Position numbers and translations under genes: made by a program. DNA of 64,000 nt from NCBI GenBank assembly GCA_965205025.1, contig CBDBFU010000021.1:32001-96000 (forward strand), given 5' to 3'. The notes beneath the pieces were generated by a model that worked only from the letters and a program-made list of their open reading frames with translations, was not told the origin of the DNA and did not search any database. Origin of the DNA: Candidatus Poribacteria bacterium (GTDB lineage Bacteria; Poribacteria; WGA-4E; WGA-3G). Positions 50,153 through 60,661 of the stretch are shown piece by piece (the stretch's first letter is position 1; each line of letters begins with the position of its first letter).

Positions 50153-50226
50153 TGGGTGGTACAGGACTTGAACCTGTGACCTCTTGCATGTCAAGCAAAC
50201 GCTCTAGCCACCTGAGCTAACCACCC
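50153..50226 (-). tRNA. tRNA-Val(GAC)
   Basis: GGGTGGTTAGCTCAG...TTGACAT...GGTTCAAGTCC...ACCACCCA; CCA not encoded. Confidence 0.95.
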
Positions 50227-50240
50227 ACAAATAAAGGAAT

Positions 50241-50315
50241 TGGAGGTGGCGGTCGGAATTGAACCGACGAATAAGAGTTTTGCAGACTCCTGCCTTACCA
50301 CTTGGCTACGCCACC
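50241..50315 (-). tRNA. tRNA-Cys(GCA)
   Basis: GGTGGCGTAGCCAAGTGGTAAGGC...CTGCAAA...GGTTCAATTCC...TCCA. Confidence 0.95.
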
Positions 50316-50319
50316 AGGA

Positions 50320-50394
50320 TGGAGCGGGAGACGAGATTTGAACTCGCGACTTCCACCTTGGCAAGGTGGAGCTCTACCACTGAGCTACTCCCGC
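50320..50394 (-). tRNA. tRNA-Gly(GCC)
   Basis: GCGGGAGTAGCTCAGTGGTAGAGC...TTGCCAA...GTTCAAATC...TCCA. Confidence 0.95.
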
Positions 50395-50529
50395 AAACTG
50401 ATAGATGGGTTTTTAGAAGCCCTATCTAAAAGCAAGAGTATAATACCATAAATTGTGTTTATTGTCAAATATTTTGTTTTTTAATACCAATCAATAGTAG
50501 TTAAATATTTTGTTATTTTAATGTAGTTA

Positions 50530-51735
50530 TTAGGTACGGTAATCGGCATTTATCCGTATATAATCGTATGAATAATCACATGTCCACATTGTTATCTCTG
50601 AATCGCCTGTCCGAAGATCAATGACTATACGCACAGGGTCATTATCAAATAATTTTGTTGCTGTGTCTTCATCATAGCCGGCATCCATTCCATTTTTTAC
50701 AAGAACATAGTCGTGAAGCATTACATCAACTTTGTATGGATCAAATTCTGCTCCCGATTTACCGATTGCCATCATAATCCGTCCCCAATTTGCATCGTTT
50801 GCAAACACAGCAGTTTTTACAAGGGGTGATTCAGCAACAGCACGTGCAGCTTTTTCAGCATCGTTTCTACTCTTGGCATTTTTAACAATAACTTCAATAA
50901 GTTTCGTAGCACCTTCCCCATCTCTTGCTAACATTTTGACTAATTCGGTGCAGACATGAAGTAATCCATCATAAAATGCTTCATAGTTATTTCCGTTTGG
51001 TTGCTGTATCAGACTGTTATCTGCTTTACAGGTAGATAGTAGTATTACAGTATCGTTAGTACTTCGGTCAGTGTCAACGGTTAGGAGATTATATGTTTCA
51101 TCAGCAACCTGTGTTAAGGCAGTTTGAAGTGTATCAGTTGAAATACAAACATCAGTGGTAAGGTATGATAACATTGTTGCCATATTGGGGGCAATCATCC
51201 CTGAACCTTTTGCAATTCCACCAATTCTGACGGGTTTTCCTTTAATTTCTAATTCAACTGAAACAGATTTTGGATGTGTATCTGTTGTCATTATGGCTTC
51301 TGCAGCATCAGCACCACCATCAGTACTTAATTGCTTAACTGATTCTTGTATTCCACTTTCAATTACATCCATAGGTAATTGTTGTCCTATAACCCCAGTA
51401 GAAGATACAAGTATATGTTCAGGTGGTATTCCAAGTTGTTCGGCAGTTAGGGTTGCCATGTTCTGTGCATTTATCATACCTTCATCACCTGTACATGCAT
51501 TAGCATTTCCACTGTTGATTATGATTGCTTGTATTGTTGGGTCTTGTAGATGTTGCCGACATAGAATTACAGGGGCAGCGGTGACACTATTCTTTGTAAA
51601 TACACCTGCTGCAATTGCAGGAGTATCTGATACTATTATAGCTAAATCTTTTAGATTATCTTTCTTGATTCCTGCATGTATTCCTGCTGCTCGGATACCT
51701 TGTACAGTGGTGATACCTCCGTCTATCTGCTTCAT
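50530..51735 (-). CDS. argJ: Bifunctional ornithine acetyltransferase / N-acetylglutamate synthase
   Basis: NSGNANA, SSTGVIG, IMTTDT, KGSGMIAPNMATML, STND and DGEGATK; start MKQIDGG follows an aggag RBS. Confidence 0.96.
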   Translation of the reverse strand: MKQIDGGITTVQGIRAAGIHAGIKKDNLKDLAIIVSDTPAIAAGVFTKNSVTAAPVILCRQHLQDPTIQAIIINSGNANACTGDEGMINAQNMATLTAEQLGIPPEHILVSSTGVIGQQLPMDVIESGIQESVKQLSTDGGADAAEAIMTTDTHPKSVSVELEIKGKPVRIGGIAKGSGMIAPNMATMLSYLTTDVCISTDTLQTALTQVADETYNLLTVDTDRSTNDTVILLSTCKADNSLIQQPNGNNYEAFYDGLLHVCTELVKMLARDGEGATKLIEVIVKNAKSRNDAEKAARAVAESPLVKTAVFANDANWGRIMMAIGKSGAEFDPYKVDVMLHDYVLVKNGMDAGYDEDTATKLFDNDPVRIVIDLRTGDSEITMWTCDYSYDYIRINADYRT

Positions 51736-51792
51736 TAATTCTCCTATTTCATAAATCAAGTTAGGGGAGTATAATTGAATGACAAGTAAATC

Positions 51793-53157
51793 TCACCTGT
51801 TGTATTGCTTATCTTGTTCTTGTATGTAATCTTCAAGTTGTTTTGCAATTTCAGGATCAATTTCTTTAAGCCGTTCAAGTCCTTTCATTGGTCCTAATTC
51901 GTTAAGGGTAGCAATTGCACGTTGAGTACGCATCTGTGAAAAGTTTTTACTTAGATTATTTTCAATCATTGTTATGTCTGTCACTGGAGGCTGCTTTGGT
52001 AGAATGGTAGCTCTGACTCCTGTATGCATCGGCATGCTGATGGCATCAAACATCTTTTGAAGTTCGTTATCAATCTCTACCTCATTCAGTTGTAAGAATT
52101 TATCCAACTTCACACCAAGAGCTTCCTCGAGAAAAATAGTTGCCTCACTTTGAATCTGAGGATCATCAATACCTTTTAAAGAGTGCTGTAATGCAATAAC
52201 ATTTACCGTAATGTCTGTCCAATGCTCTTTTACTCCTGGTTGCATAACTTTCATAGTATCCTTATCAGGTTTATTAGAGTTAACAGACTGATCCACTTTA
52301 TCTGTAATGTCTTCTTTAGAATTAAGATGCACGTCTTCGTATTCAACAGAAAAACGTAAACCTTCAATATCTGGTGGAGAGGGTTGTTTCATCCAAGGAG
52401 GTGTATTTTCTAATTCTGTTAAATACGCTTGTATTGCTTTCTGATTCTCTGGGTTGCTTGAACTTAGGATGCCTGTAACTTCATCGTCAATTGTACCATC
52501 AACATTATGTGTCCGACGTCTATAGACTTTTATCATATTCGGATAGGTAGGAATATATTCACCAGTTATTTGATCCTGTGTGACACCATCTACATCTGGA
52601 TCCTTCTTTAAAAACTTAATAAAAGCTTTATTTAATTCATCAATTGCTTTGTCTTTCTCCGTAAGAGATTCCCGTCTGCGATTGAGGATAGATCGAAGAT
52701 CTTCTTTTATTATATTGGGGAAATCTAATATATCTAATTCGGAGATTGCTATTTCAATTTTCTCAAGTACTATCTGTTTTTCTTTTTGATAATCCTCCCC
52801 TTGTGTATAACCGTGGGTATCCCCGACAATGTCTCCAAAACGCTGATCATACTCCCGTGCACTCAACTGTAAATCCGGATTCTTTATAATTAATTTCCGA
52901 ATATGATCTTGCATTTTCTCCATTTCTTTTTCAGGGAGATTTCCCTCCTGCATTAAGAGTTTTGTTAATGCAATACCATTCTCAAAATAACTTTCTTTTT
53001 CCTCTGGTGTTAGTTCACCTGAGAAAGAATAGAGTTTATCTATATGTGCTTGGACTTCTTCACTAATTTTTTGTGTGGGTTGGAATAAAACAAACATTAA
53101 TCCAATTACAACAATTAACAAACCACTTATAATTAGTGCAGTTCTTTTGTTTAACAC
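51793..53157 (-). CDS. Hypothetical membrane-anchored protein
   Basis: Likely GTG start after ggag; N-terminal TM helix; C-terminal LGPMKGLERLKEIDPEIA. Confidence 0.65.
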   Translation of the reverse strand: MLNKRTALIISGLLIVVIGLMFVLFQPTQKISEEVQAHIDKLYSFSGELTPEEKESYFENGIALTKLLMQEGNLPEKEMEKMQDHIRKLIIKNPDLQLSAREYDQRFGDIVGDTHGYTQGEDYQKEKQIVLEKIEIAISELDILDFPNIIKEDLRSILNRRRESLTEKDKAIDELNKAFIKFLKKDPDVDGVTQDQITGEYIPTYPNMIKVYRRRTHNVDGTIDDEVTGILSSSNPENQKAIQAYLTELENTPPWMKQPSPPDIEGLRFSVEYEDVHLNSKEDITDKVDQSVNSNKPDKDTMKVMQPGVKEHWTDITVNVIALQHSLKGIDDPQIQSEATIFLEEALGVKLDKFLQLNEVEIDNELQKMFDAISMPMHTGVRATILPKQPPVTDITMIENNLSKNFSQMRTQRAIATLNELGPMKGLERLKEIDPEIAKQLEDYIQEQDKQYNR

Positions 53158-53281
53158 GAGAATTAACTCCTTTTTGTAATTCCGTTTAAGTCCTAATTGG
53201 TTTACTTCACTTATTCTAAATTCTGACACAATACATAAATAAAATCCTGATTTCTACAGCAACGCGGTATGAAGTGAACGA

Positions 53282-53354
53282 CACATAGCACTCCGCTGGA
53301 GTGCAAGAATGTACTGATCATGTTTTCTATAGACATAGCACTCCGCTGGAGTGC
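53282..53354. repeat. REP-like hairpin doublet
   Basis: acatagcactccgctggagtgc x2, 50 bp apart. Confidence 0.8.
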
Positions 53355-53410
53355 AAAATGATTGTAGGATTCCTTTGATATAGAAAATTCACAAAGAAGA
53401 CTTATCATAT

Positions 53411-53632
53411 CGACTTGTGCCAGTTAACAATTTGTTTTTGTTGTTTTCACGTATTTTGAGTTTTTACTATAAACATTTCGTCCCTACGGGACTCGAGAAG
53501 GTTTGTTTCGTGTTTTACTATAAACATTTCGTCCCTACGGGACTAAAGAATGTCTCAACTAATGAAGGATATTCATACAAACCTTCGTTTATGTGAAGGA
53601 ATTGATTACTAAATGTTATTTAGCACAACCCG
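53411..53632. mobile_element. ~220-bp MITE (second copy 63029-63248)
   Basis: cgacttgtgc...gcacaacccg ends; two acatttcgtccctacgggact copies. Confidence 0.75.
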
Positions 53633-53699
53633 TTATCATTAGAAACTCAACTTACTCAAGGATAAGAATTGTTCAAACTATAGTATCTGTTAAAATTCA

Positions 53700-53817
53700 A
53701 TTGAGAAATCCACAACTCCATTCACGGAAACCTTCACGGAGCAATTCTACGAACCCTTATTCTATAAGGGTTTATAATTTGAAGTATATCAATTTTCCGT
53801 GAATCACATATGTTAAT
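53700..53817. repeat. Inverted copy of 12609-12726
   Basis: Manual alignment. Confidence 0.85.
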
Positions 53818-53946
53818 ATTTGTATTACTTAGGTGTATACGGAGTAGATTGGCTTAGTATTGTGTACTTTCTTGAATCGTAGGATTGGATAGTTTGTATT
53901 CTCTGTGAACAGTCTGTATGCTTCTTTTGTCTGCAGTCAAATGTTA

Positions 53947-54117
53947 TACCATTTCTAAATAATGATTGCCCCTTATCAGGGGACTACTAAGAGTATTCAT
54001 AATGTGAACTACTTAATTACAGTTTGGGCAGTTTTAAGCGATACACATTTCGCCCCTCTGGGGCTTAGACTTTTGGGAGGTATGGCGTTTCTACACACAT
54101 TTCGCCCCTCTGGGGCT
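53947..54117. repeat. MITE left end plus REP doublet
   Basis: taccatttctaaataatgatt; acacatttcgcccctctggggct x2. Confidence 0.75.
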
Positions 54118-54432
54118 ATCAGAGTTTATTTTTCTCAGAACGGATTTCAGCAAGTACCCAATCTGCAAAGGCATCTTGTTCCTTCGGTGAGAGCTTTGAC
54201 ACTTCTGTTAAAGCTTGTTCAAGTCGCGTCGTCATTGAGATATCTCCATACAAGAAGTGGTTCGTTGAGTACTATTAAATTTACAGCATTTTTGGTAAAC
54301 AGTCAACCTATTTTGGTGTGTAATTATATTATAGTCGACTCTGAATCATGGATTCCACGGATTGTTGTCTGAATCGCGGATTACGCCAAGAGTGGGAACA
54401 GGATCTTGTAGGATCGAGATCGGAATCTTCTC

Positions 54433-54762
54433 CTATTGAACATTGTGAGTGAGGGTACTTAATGTGGTAGTTACTTTCTCGTGTGTATATAAATCTGAAG
54501 TAGTAGTGATTGCCGCCCAGAATATAATACGGTTGGTGGTATAGGAACTGTGCAACTGCGATTCATGTTTATGAACAACATCTGAATTAATCTCTGAATT
54601 CAACTGTGTCGGAGATTGAAATGGTCCAGATTCACGGATCGGTTGTGAATCTAAAGTGTGATGAGTTATGCTGGCGCCACAACTTAATAATGATGAAATC
54701 AGAAGTATTACCAACATGTTACGTGTATAAATAAATATGTATCTCATTTTTACATCCTCCAA
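54433..54762 (-). CDS. Small hypothetical lipoprotein-like ORF
   Basis: Lipobox-like LLSC; 3' end runs into a repeat. Confidence 0.4.
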   Translation of the reverse strand: MEDVKMRYIFIYTRNMLVILLISSLLSCGASITHHTLDSQPIRESGPFQSPTQLNSEINSDVVHKHESQLHSSYTTNRIIFWAAITTTSDLYTHEKVTTTLSTLTHNVQ

Positions 54763-54878
54763 GATATATTTATGGAAAACGAACTTTCATCCTATTATAT
54801 ATTAACCTAAGTTGCTAATTTCAAATTTTATATTCTACTATGATGTTCGGTAATTCCTGTAGAATTTTTGGTAAATAG

Positions 54879-55211
54879 TTACTCTGATTGTTCTAAATCA
54901 TTGGTGGGAATACTTTTTAATTTTGAGAGAATTTCCAGTATTTTATCTAATTGTTGTGGGTGCTTGGTATTTAGAAGATAGGAAAGGTTCGTCGGACTGA
55001 GATTTGTCCATACAGAAATTGTATCAATGCCGCCTTGTGCCTCTACGATATCTTTCATGCAAAGTAATAATAATTCAATGTTGCCATCTTTATCAAAATC
55101 TTTGAGAGCAGCTTCAAGATAACCTTTTGCAAATTCCGGTTCGGCAAGGTCTTTGCGGAGGTAATCTTTAAACGGAGTTGTGCAATGTTGTAGTTTAATT
55201 TCTGCTTTCAT
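54879..55211 (-). CDS. Addiction module antidote (HigA-like) protein
   Basis: YLEAAL...LLL...IVEAQGG; start MKAEIK after ggagg, overlapping the toxin 3' end. Confidence 0.82.
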   Translation of the reverse strand: MKAEIKLQHCTTPFKDYLRKDLAEPEFAKGYLEAALKDFDKDGNIELLLLCMKDIVEAQGGIDTISVWTNLSPTNLSYLLNTKHPQQLDKILEILSKLKSIPTNDLEQSE

Positions 55212-55554
55212 TGTCAATTTCCTCCATTTGTTCCAAAAAGTCGTTCCAATATTTTTGCGCTCTATTAATATCCCGCTGTTGTGTACCTTTCGTACCACCA
55301 CAAAGTAAGATTACGATGTTATTTTGAAATAGTCCGAAATAGACACGATATCCGGGTCCATGATGGATCCTCAATTCATACAAATCTGAACTTAATCGCT
55401 TGAAATCGCCAAAGTTACCTGTTCGTACACGTGCAATTCTATTAGAAATGGCTATCCGAGCATTTTGATCTTTAATTTGCATGTACCATTGTTGATACGA
55501 ATTACGTCCGCTTGGTGTGATGTAGGTAAGTATATCTCTGGGACGAATTTGCAT
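55195..55554 (-). CDS. Type II toxin, RelE/ParE (HigB-like addiction module killer)
   Basis: GNFGDFK...ELRIHHGPGYRVYF...LLCGGTKGTQQRDI. Confidence 0.92.
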   Translation of the reverse strand: MQIRPRDILTYITPSGRNSYQQWYMQIKDQNARIAISNRIARVRTGNFGDFKRLSSDLYELRIHHGPGYRVYFGLFQNNIVILLCGGTKGTQQRDINRAQKYWNDFLEQMEEIDNESRN

Positions 55555-55714
55555 GCCTTAAGTATAATACATTTTTAGTAAATATTCAATTTGACATTTC
55601 TCAAATAGTTTAGATGCCAAGAAAATGAATAATATATTAAGTGCTATTCCTTGTGCATCTAAAGTTGAGAGGTCGGATGCAAATTGGGTATCTGAAAGAT
55701 AATATTAGACCTAA

Positions 55715-56019
55715 TACCATATCTAAAATATACTATCGCATTGATGGTGGAGATTCTGCAGGGTCAATCTCCATGTCGCGACCGGTAGGTCGCTCCTACA
55801 GAAGATAGTTTCCAATAATATTCAATTCCATAAAATTTATGTAATGACATATTATTTATTAGAATTGGTATAAATTGACGCCTATAATTGTGCTGTGAAC
55901 TATCACCATAGACGTCAGATGGACTCTTCTGTAGGAGGGAACTCCGATTCCCGACTGTATTGGGGATCGTGATTCGGAGATCGCTCTACAAAAGAGCCTA
56001 ATGCTTAAATTGACGCCTA
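55715..56019. mobile_element. Two adjacent MITEs with GTAG hairpins
   Basis: tacca...tggta (55715-55870) and tagacgtca...tgacgccta (55909-56019). Confidence 0.6.
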
Positions 56020-56096
56020 TAGACAAGTATTGCATCTACCTACAGGATGATTCATAGAACTCATTAGACAAATTGACAGATATTACTTGTATACAC

Positions 56097-57333
56097 CTAC
56101 CTGTGATTAGGTCCACGTATAGGTATTTTGTGCCAACTCCCACCTGTTTCTTTTGCAATGCGTTTATGATCTGGAAAATCCTTACCAAGCACATTTACAG
56201 AGATCTTGTTTTTTTTGACAGAGTTTTATAACACCATCTAATGTATGCCTTTTTATGCTGGTAAATTTCTTTTCATCTGTGAAGAGGAAAAGATGTTTCA
56301 CAGAATCTGTTCTCAACTCCAGTTTTGTGACCGTATAATGAATAGCATCTAATGTACCTAATTCACTTGCGTATACACCTTTTACGTTTTTAATTGAATT
56401 TAAAGACTCTTTGATTAAAGATAGGTTTCGCGTGAGCTTGAATTTAACATAAACTGTATGGATCCTATTTCTCGGAAATCTTTGGTTATAGAAGTGTGTT
56501 ATACCGAACATATAGTCTATTTTTGAAGTTTTATATGTATTACCTATATCAGACAGAAGTTCTACAAAAGAACTGATATTATCAAGCATACTATTGGACA
56601 TGACTAAGACGAAGACAACATCTACGGTGTTTCCTCTACTGCTTGCAATAATATCATTTGTTAGTTTCTCAATGCTGTTAAGGGAAGTGTTGCCTTCACC
56701 CTGACCTTTGCCACCACTACCATGACCTTTGCCACTCCCGTCTCTATTTCCCTCCGAATCACCTATACTACTACCGTTTTTCTTTCCTGTCCCTGTTTTG
56801 CTGTTACCTTTCCCGGTATTTTTTTGTGAATTTCCCTTACTTTTAGTACTGCGATTTTTTGAAACTGTCCACCCTATAAGACCAGATGGTAATTCTGGTG
56901 ACATAATAGATCTGTCATTGGGTTTTAAACGTGTATCAGTTGAGAGATTTGGTGTATCAAATTGGGGATCAAAGTTTGCTGATGCCGATACCTGCCCTTG
57001 ATCTGCCGACGGAGTTGCGGAGGTAGGCAACTTTGCAATCTCTTTGGATTGATTGGGTTTAGCAATAGTTACATCTCTTCTTTGAGGTACCGGTATAACT
57101 TCATTTCGCTTAGTTAATATTGGATTTAGTGACTCTTGCTCATTGACTATTTGTCTCGACAACTCAGGTAGTATTTCGGCATGTATTTTGTCGACTTCGG
57201 TTTCTTCTTGATTGAGAAAAAAGAGGACAAACACCGCCATCATCACTACATGGAAAACTAAAGAAATACAAAAAGCAATTTTTCGATATCTCTGTCGAAA
57301 AGACTTTCTTAAATCATGGTTACTAAGGTACAT
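56097..57333 (-). pseudogene. Membrane-anchored VWA domain protein, frameshifted at an A8 tract
   Basis: TM helix, Gly-rich linker, VDVVFVLVMSNSM (degenerate MIDAS), LFTDE; removing one A at 56209-56216 restores ISVNVLG...IAKETGG. Confidence 0.7.
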
Positions 57334-57723
57334 AATAACAACCTATTTGTATGTTTACAGTAAATATGAAAAAAGTTACACTTTTTGTCACATCGTGTGA
57401 CATTTAAATTGGTGTGTAAATACCTTCTAAACCCTGTCATAGACTGGGTTTAGACCAAATTAGAAAAGAAATTATAAAATTTTTGAATTTTGTCTTTTCT
57501 TTACTTTATTTCTAAAATCCAAAACTGGAATTATGGAAATCAAAAGTTGTTATGAAAGTTATGAAAACGGTTTTTGTGTTCATATTACACTCTGTATTAT
57601 ATAGATATTTTAACGTATGTGAATAATGTATGCAAGTGAATTCCATTTGTCTTATGTCTGGTGTTCTGTGAATTTATTGATTTTTACGAATCTTCTGTTG
57701 CTGGTTATTCTATTTTTCTTCAC

Positions 57724-59799
57724 TTATTTTGATATTGTAAAATGACCTAAGTAAGGTTTCATATCCCATAGTAGGATAGTGCCATCATAACTACCACTTG
57801 CTAAGATAGTGCTATCAGGTGAAAACGCAAGACATTGAATATCTGTCGGGTGTCCCAGAAAAGTTGCTATGTTTTCACCGGTACGAATGTCGAACAACTG
57901 AATAGGAACTTTCTCTAAACCTTTTTTCCAATTTTCACCATAAGCTAAATAATGACCACAATACGAAAACTCCACCGTTGCCACCGAAGGATTCTCTCCA
58001 TAAAGATCTGCGATAGATATTAGTCGCATTGCCACGCGTGCATCACACTGCTCAATATCCCATGCAAGTATATTCTCACCAGAAAATACAGTAATTAGAT
58101 TTCCACAAGGGGAAAACACTTCGGGAATAAAACCAGTGAGCTCTTTACAGATCTCTTCACCGGACATCATATCCCACACCCTATTTGTCCAGTCATCACA
58201 TTTGCTGATAAGGCGTGTACCATCCGGACTGAATCTCACGTAATTGATAGAGTTCGTATGTTTACCTCTTAATATGTGTTGCATCTGTCCACTTGCGACA
58301 TCCCATACATACACTGCCCCGTTTTCGGGGTCGTTTTCATCACAGCCATCATCCCTCTTTTCCGTTCCGTTCCCACAGGCAAGCAGATTCGTGGCGGGGG
58401 CGTATGCCATCGCACGTCGATTAGGTAATGCTTCAGGGATCGTGAGTTCGGCTATCGGTTCACTTTTTCCGATTTCCCACAGATTCAAGGTGTTGCCCCA
58501 ATAGTCAGATTCTCCTGGAGGAAACCCGGTTGCATAAAATTTACCAGTTGAGGTGTCCGAATAAACAGCTACGATATGACAACGCGGCTCAGTAACGACA
58601 TGTTGTGGACGATGGGTTGCAACATCCCATAGCATGACACCGCCAAATTGCCTGTACCCCGCACAGAGAGTCTTTCCATCAGGTGAAAATACGAGAGAAT
58701 GCAGATCGCCAAGTTCCCACGGTAGTATAGAAAGCGGCTCTGTATTTCCCACTGTCTTAGCTTGGACTTCAAAATCACTTTGGTAGGCAAGATGTGTACC
58801 GTTAGAAAAGTGAATAGGATAAATTTCTGCGTCACAGTAATTTTTTTCATGAAAAGTATATAACGCCTTTTGCTGTACGACATCCCACACAGTGATTGTG
58901 CATTGATCGTGAGAGATACCTGCTGCCCGAAGGGTGCCATCGGGTGCGTAGGAGATGTCCATCCAATCGTCATCGGGCGATGGATACGTTTGTTGCAGCT
59001 GCCAAGTGGCAGTCTCCCATACTTGCACAGTCCCCTTCACCCCACCCGAAGCAAGGAACTGACCGCACTGTGAAAAACTGAGCGAGTGCACACCTTCGGG
59101 ATGTCCTGTGAGGCGGATGATGCGTTCACGGGTCGTTATATCCCAGACGCTGATAAAATCAGACCAATGTGACGACGCAAAGAGGCGATTGTCCGGTGAA
59201 AACACCAAGGCGCCGCTAAAATCCCAAAAGAATCCATTGTCAGGCCAGTCATCTATGCGACATAACTCAATTTCATCGGATGGCAATTCCAGCGATGTAT
59301 GTAATCTACCGGTTAACGACTCATAGATGTCAACGATAACGCTTCCATCTCGACCCACTGCCAACCATTGCCCGGATGGAGAAAAACATAGACTACAAAT
59401 TCCACTTAAATAATTTTGAGATGGATCATCCCTGAGTCTTGCTGGATATGTCATGACAGCGATACATTTCTGTCTTTGCATATCCCATATCTTAATAACC
59501 TCATTCCTATCTTTGTCCGTGTTTTTTAATGCTAACCAGGGTTTTCCTGAACAAAGGTCAATGCAGCGGACCATACCTCGTTGCGTTTCAAACAACGTAA
59601 CGGACTGGTGTGTAGTAAGATCATACCACCACACACCTATCCCAGTACCAGTTGCCAAGAACGTTCCATCTGCGGAAACTGCTAAATCGCATAAGGCACC
59701 CGACCCATAACGAGCAATTGCACCTTGTGGCAATTCCCAAGTAGTGAATTCACTTTTATTCATAATTAAACCCATCGAAAGCGAAAACAAATCCGACAT
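57724..59799 (-). CDS. WD40 repeat protein
   Basis: LPQGAIARYGSG start, many FSPDG/GH...WD repeats, LASGSYDGTILLWD; higher GC than flanks. Confidence 0.9.
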   Translation of the reverse strand: MSDLFSLSMGLIMNKSEFTTWELPQGAIARYGSGALCDLAVSADGTFLATGTGIGVWWYDLTTHQSVTLFETQRGMVRCIDLCSGKPWLALKNTDKDRNEVIKIWDMQRQKCIAVMTYPARLRDDPSQNYLSGICSLCFSPSGQWLAVGRDGSVIVDIYESLTGRLHTSLELPSDEIELCRIDDWPDNGFFWDFSGALVFSPDNRLFASSHWSDFISVWDITTRERIIRLTGHPEGVHSLSFSQCGQFLASGGVKGTVQVWETATWQLQQTYPSPDDDWMDISYAPDGTLRAAGISHDQCTITVWDVVQQKALYTFHEKNYCDAEIYPIHFSNGTHLAYQSDFEVQAKTVGNTEPLSILPWELGDLHSLVFSPDGKTLCAGYRQFGGVMLWDVATHRPQHVVTEPRCHIVAVYSDTSTGKFYATGFPPGESDYWGNTLNLWEIGKSEPIAELTIPEALPNRRAMAYAPATNLLACGNGTEKRDDGCDENDPENGAVYVWDVASGQMQHILRGKHTNSINYVRFSPDGTRLISKCDDWTNRVWDMMSGEEICKELTGFIPEVFSPCGNLITVFSGENILAWDIEQCDARVAMRLISIADLYGENPSVATVEFSYCGHYLAYGENWKKGLEKVPIQLFDIRTGENIATFLGHPTDIQCLAFSPDSTILASGSYDGTILLWDMKPYLGHFTISK

Positions 59800-59845
59800 C
59801 TAACAGATGTAAATTTCAGATCATCTAAGTTGGAATTCATGCTAT

Positions 59846-60613
59846 TTAAACTAAACTACCACGAAGGAGTAAATTATCTTTCATCACTACACCTTCACGA
59901 TTTTTTGTTCCGGTAGGCATATAATGAATTGCGAGGGCACGCCTGTCTCGAGATGAATGGTTACGATTTGTTTGGTGAAGTGTCATACAATGATGTACCA
60001 TTACATGTCCTGCACGGACTGGAACTGCTACAGAACGATCTACATCTGCATCCACTTGTAATAGAGCGGGTAATTTGCCTTTTTCTGATTCAGCACGTCC
60101 GTGTGAAGATAAACCTTCTAAATAACTCCCTGGTATAACATTCATACACCCATTTTCTTCATCGGCATCATCAAGTGCTAACCAAATACTAACAAGATCT
60201 GGTGGTTGGCACTGCCAATATGCATTATCCTGATGCCAAAACACCTCTCCACCATGATAAGCGGGTTTGTAGAGTGCCTGGTCATGAAATAATTGGATAT
60301 TTTCTCCAATCAGGCTTTCCACAATATCTAACATTGACTTGTGATATAGTAGTTTTTTATACTCATCATCAATTCGCCACATCTCCATGATTTGAAGCAT
60401 CTCATCGGTAGATTCTCCGTCATCATGGTTTTCTGAATCTTCAACGATTGCCAGGTTACGCATCCCTTCACCCTCAGTATTACGTCTTTTTGTGAATTGT
60501 TCATCGTAATGATTACGTAATACATTTAGGTGATTGTCATCAATGACCTGTTCATCAATTTTTAGATAACCCGTTTGTTTAAATTGTTCTATCTGATGAG
60601 ATGATAATTTCAT
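59846..60613 (-). CDS. Phytanoyl-CoA dioxygenase (PhyH) family protein
   Basis: WHQDNAYW, WLALDD...NGCM and H...N.S...RR. Confidence 0.92.
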   Translation of the reverse strand: MKLSSHQIEQFKQTGYLKIDEQVIDDNHLNVLRNHYDEQFTKRRNTEGEGMRNLAIVEDSENHDDGESTDEMLQIMEMWRIDDEYKKLLYHKSMLDIVESLIGENIQLFHDQALYKPAYHGGEVFWHQDNAYWQCQPPDLVSIWLALDDADEENGCMNVIPGSYLEGLSSHGRAESEKGKLPALLQVDADVDRSVAVPVRAGHVMVHHCMTLHQTNRNHSSRDRRALAIHYMPTGTKNREGVVMKDNLLLRGSLV

Positions 60614-60661
60614 TAATCACTCCTTAAAAATATAGTCACACGATCTTATTAGGGTTTTTAA

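Noticed and set aside
49967-50194. 75-aa ORF upstream of the WD40 gene
   Set aside because: Overlaps tRNA-Val; artefact
50153-50394. tRNA cluster as an island integration site
   Set aside because: No integrase and no duplicated tRNA 3' end seen in the window
51155-51754. 199-aa plus-strand ORF and similar short antisense ORFs throughout
   Set aside because: In-register antisense shadows of real genes such as argJ
53282-54120. Repeat-spacer-repeat units resembling mini CRISPR arrays
   Set aside because: Only two units per locus, dispersed, inside MITEs, linkers partly similar to each other, and no cas genes in the window
53593-54372. Short ORFs (also 12885-13106, 53211-53408, 63035-63244)
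   Set aside because: Translations of repeat or MITE DNA (e.g. HFAPLGL, RHFVPTGL) with no evidence of coding
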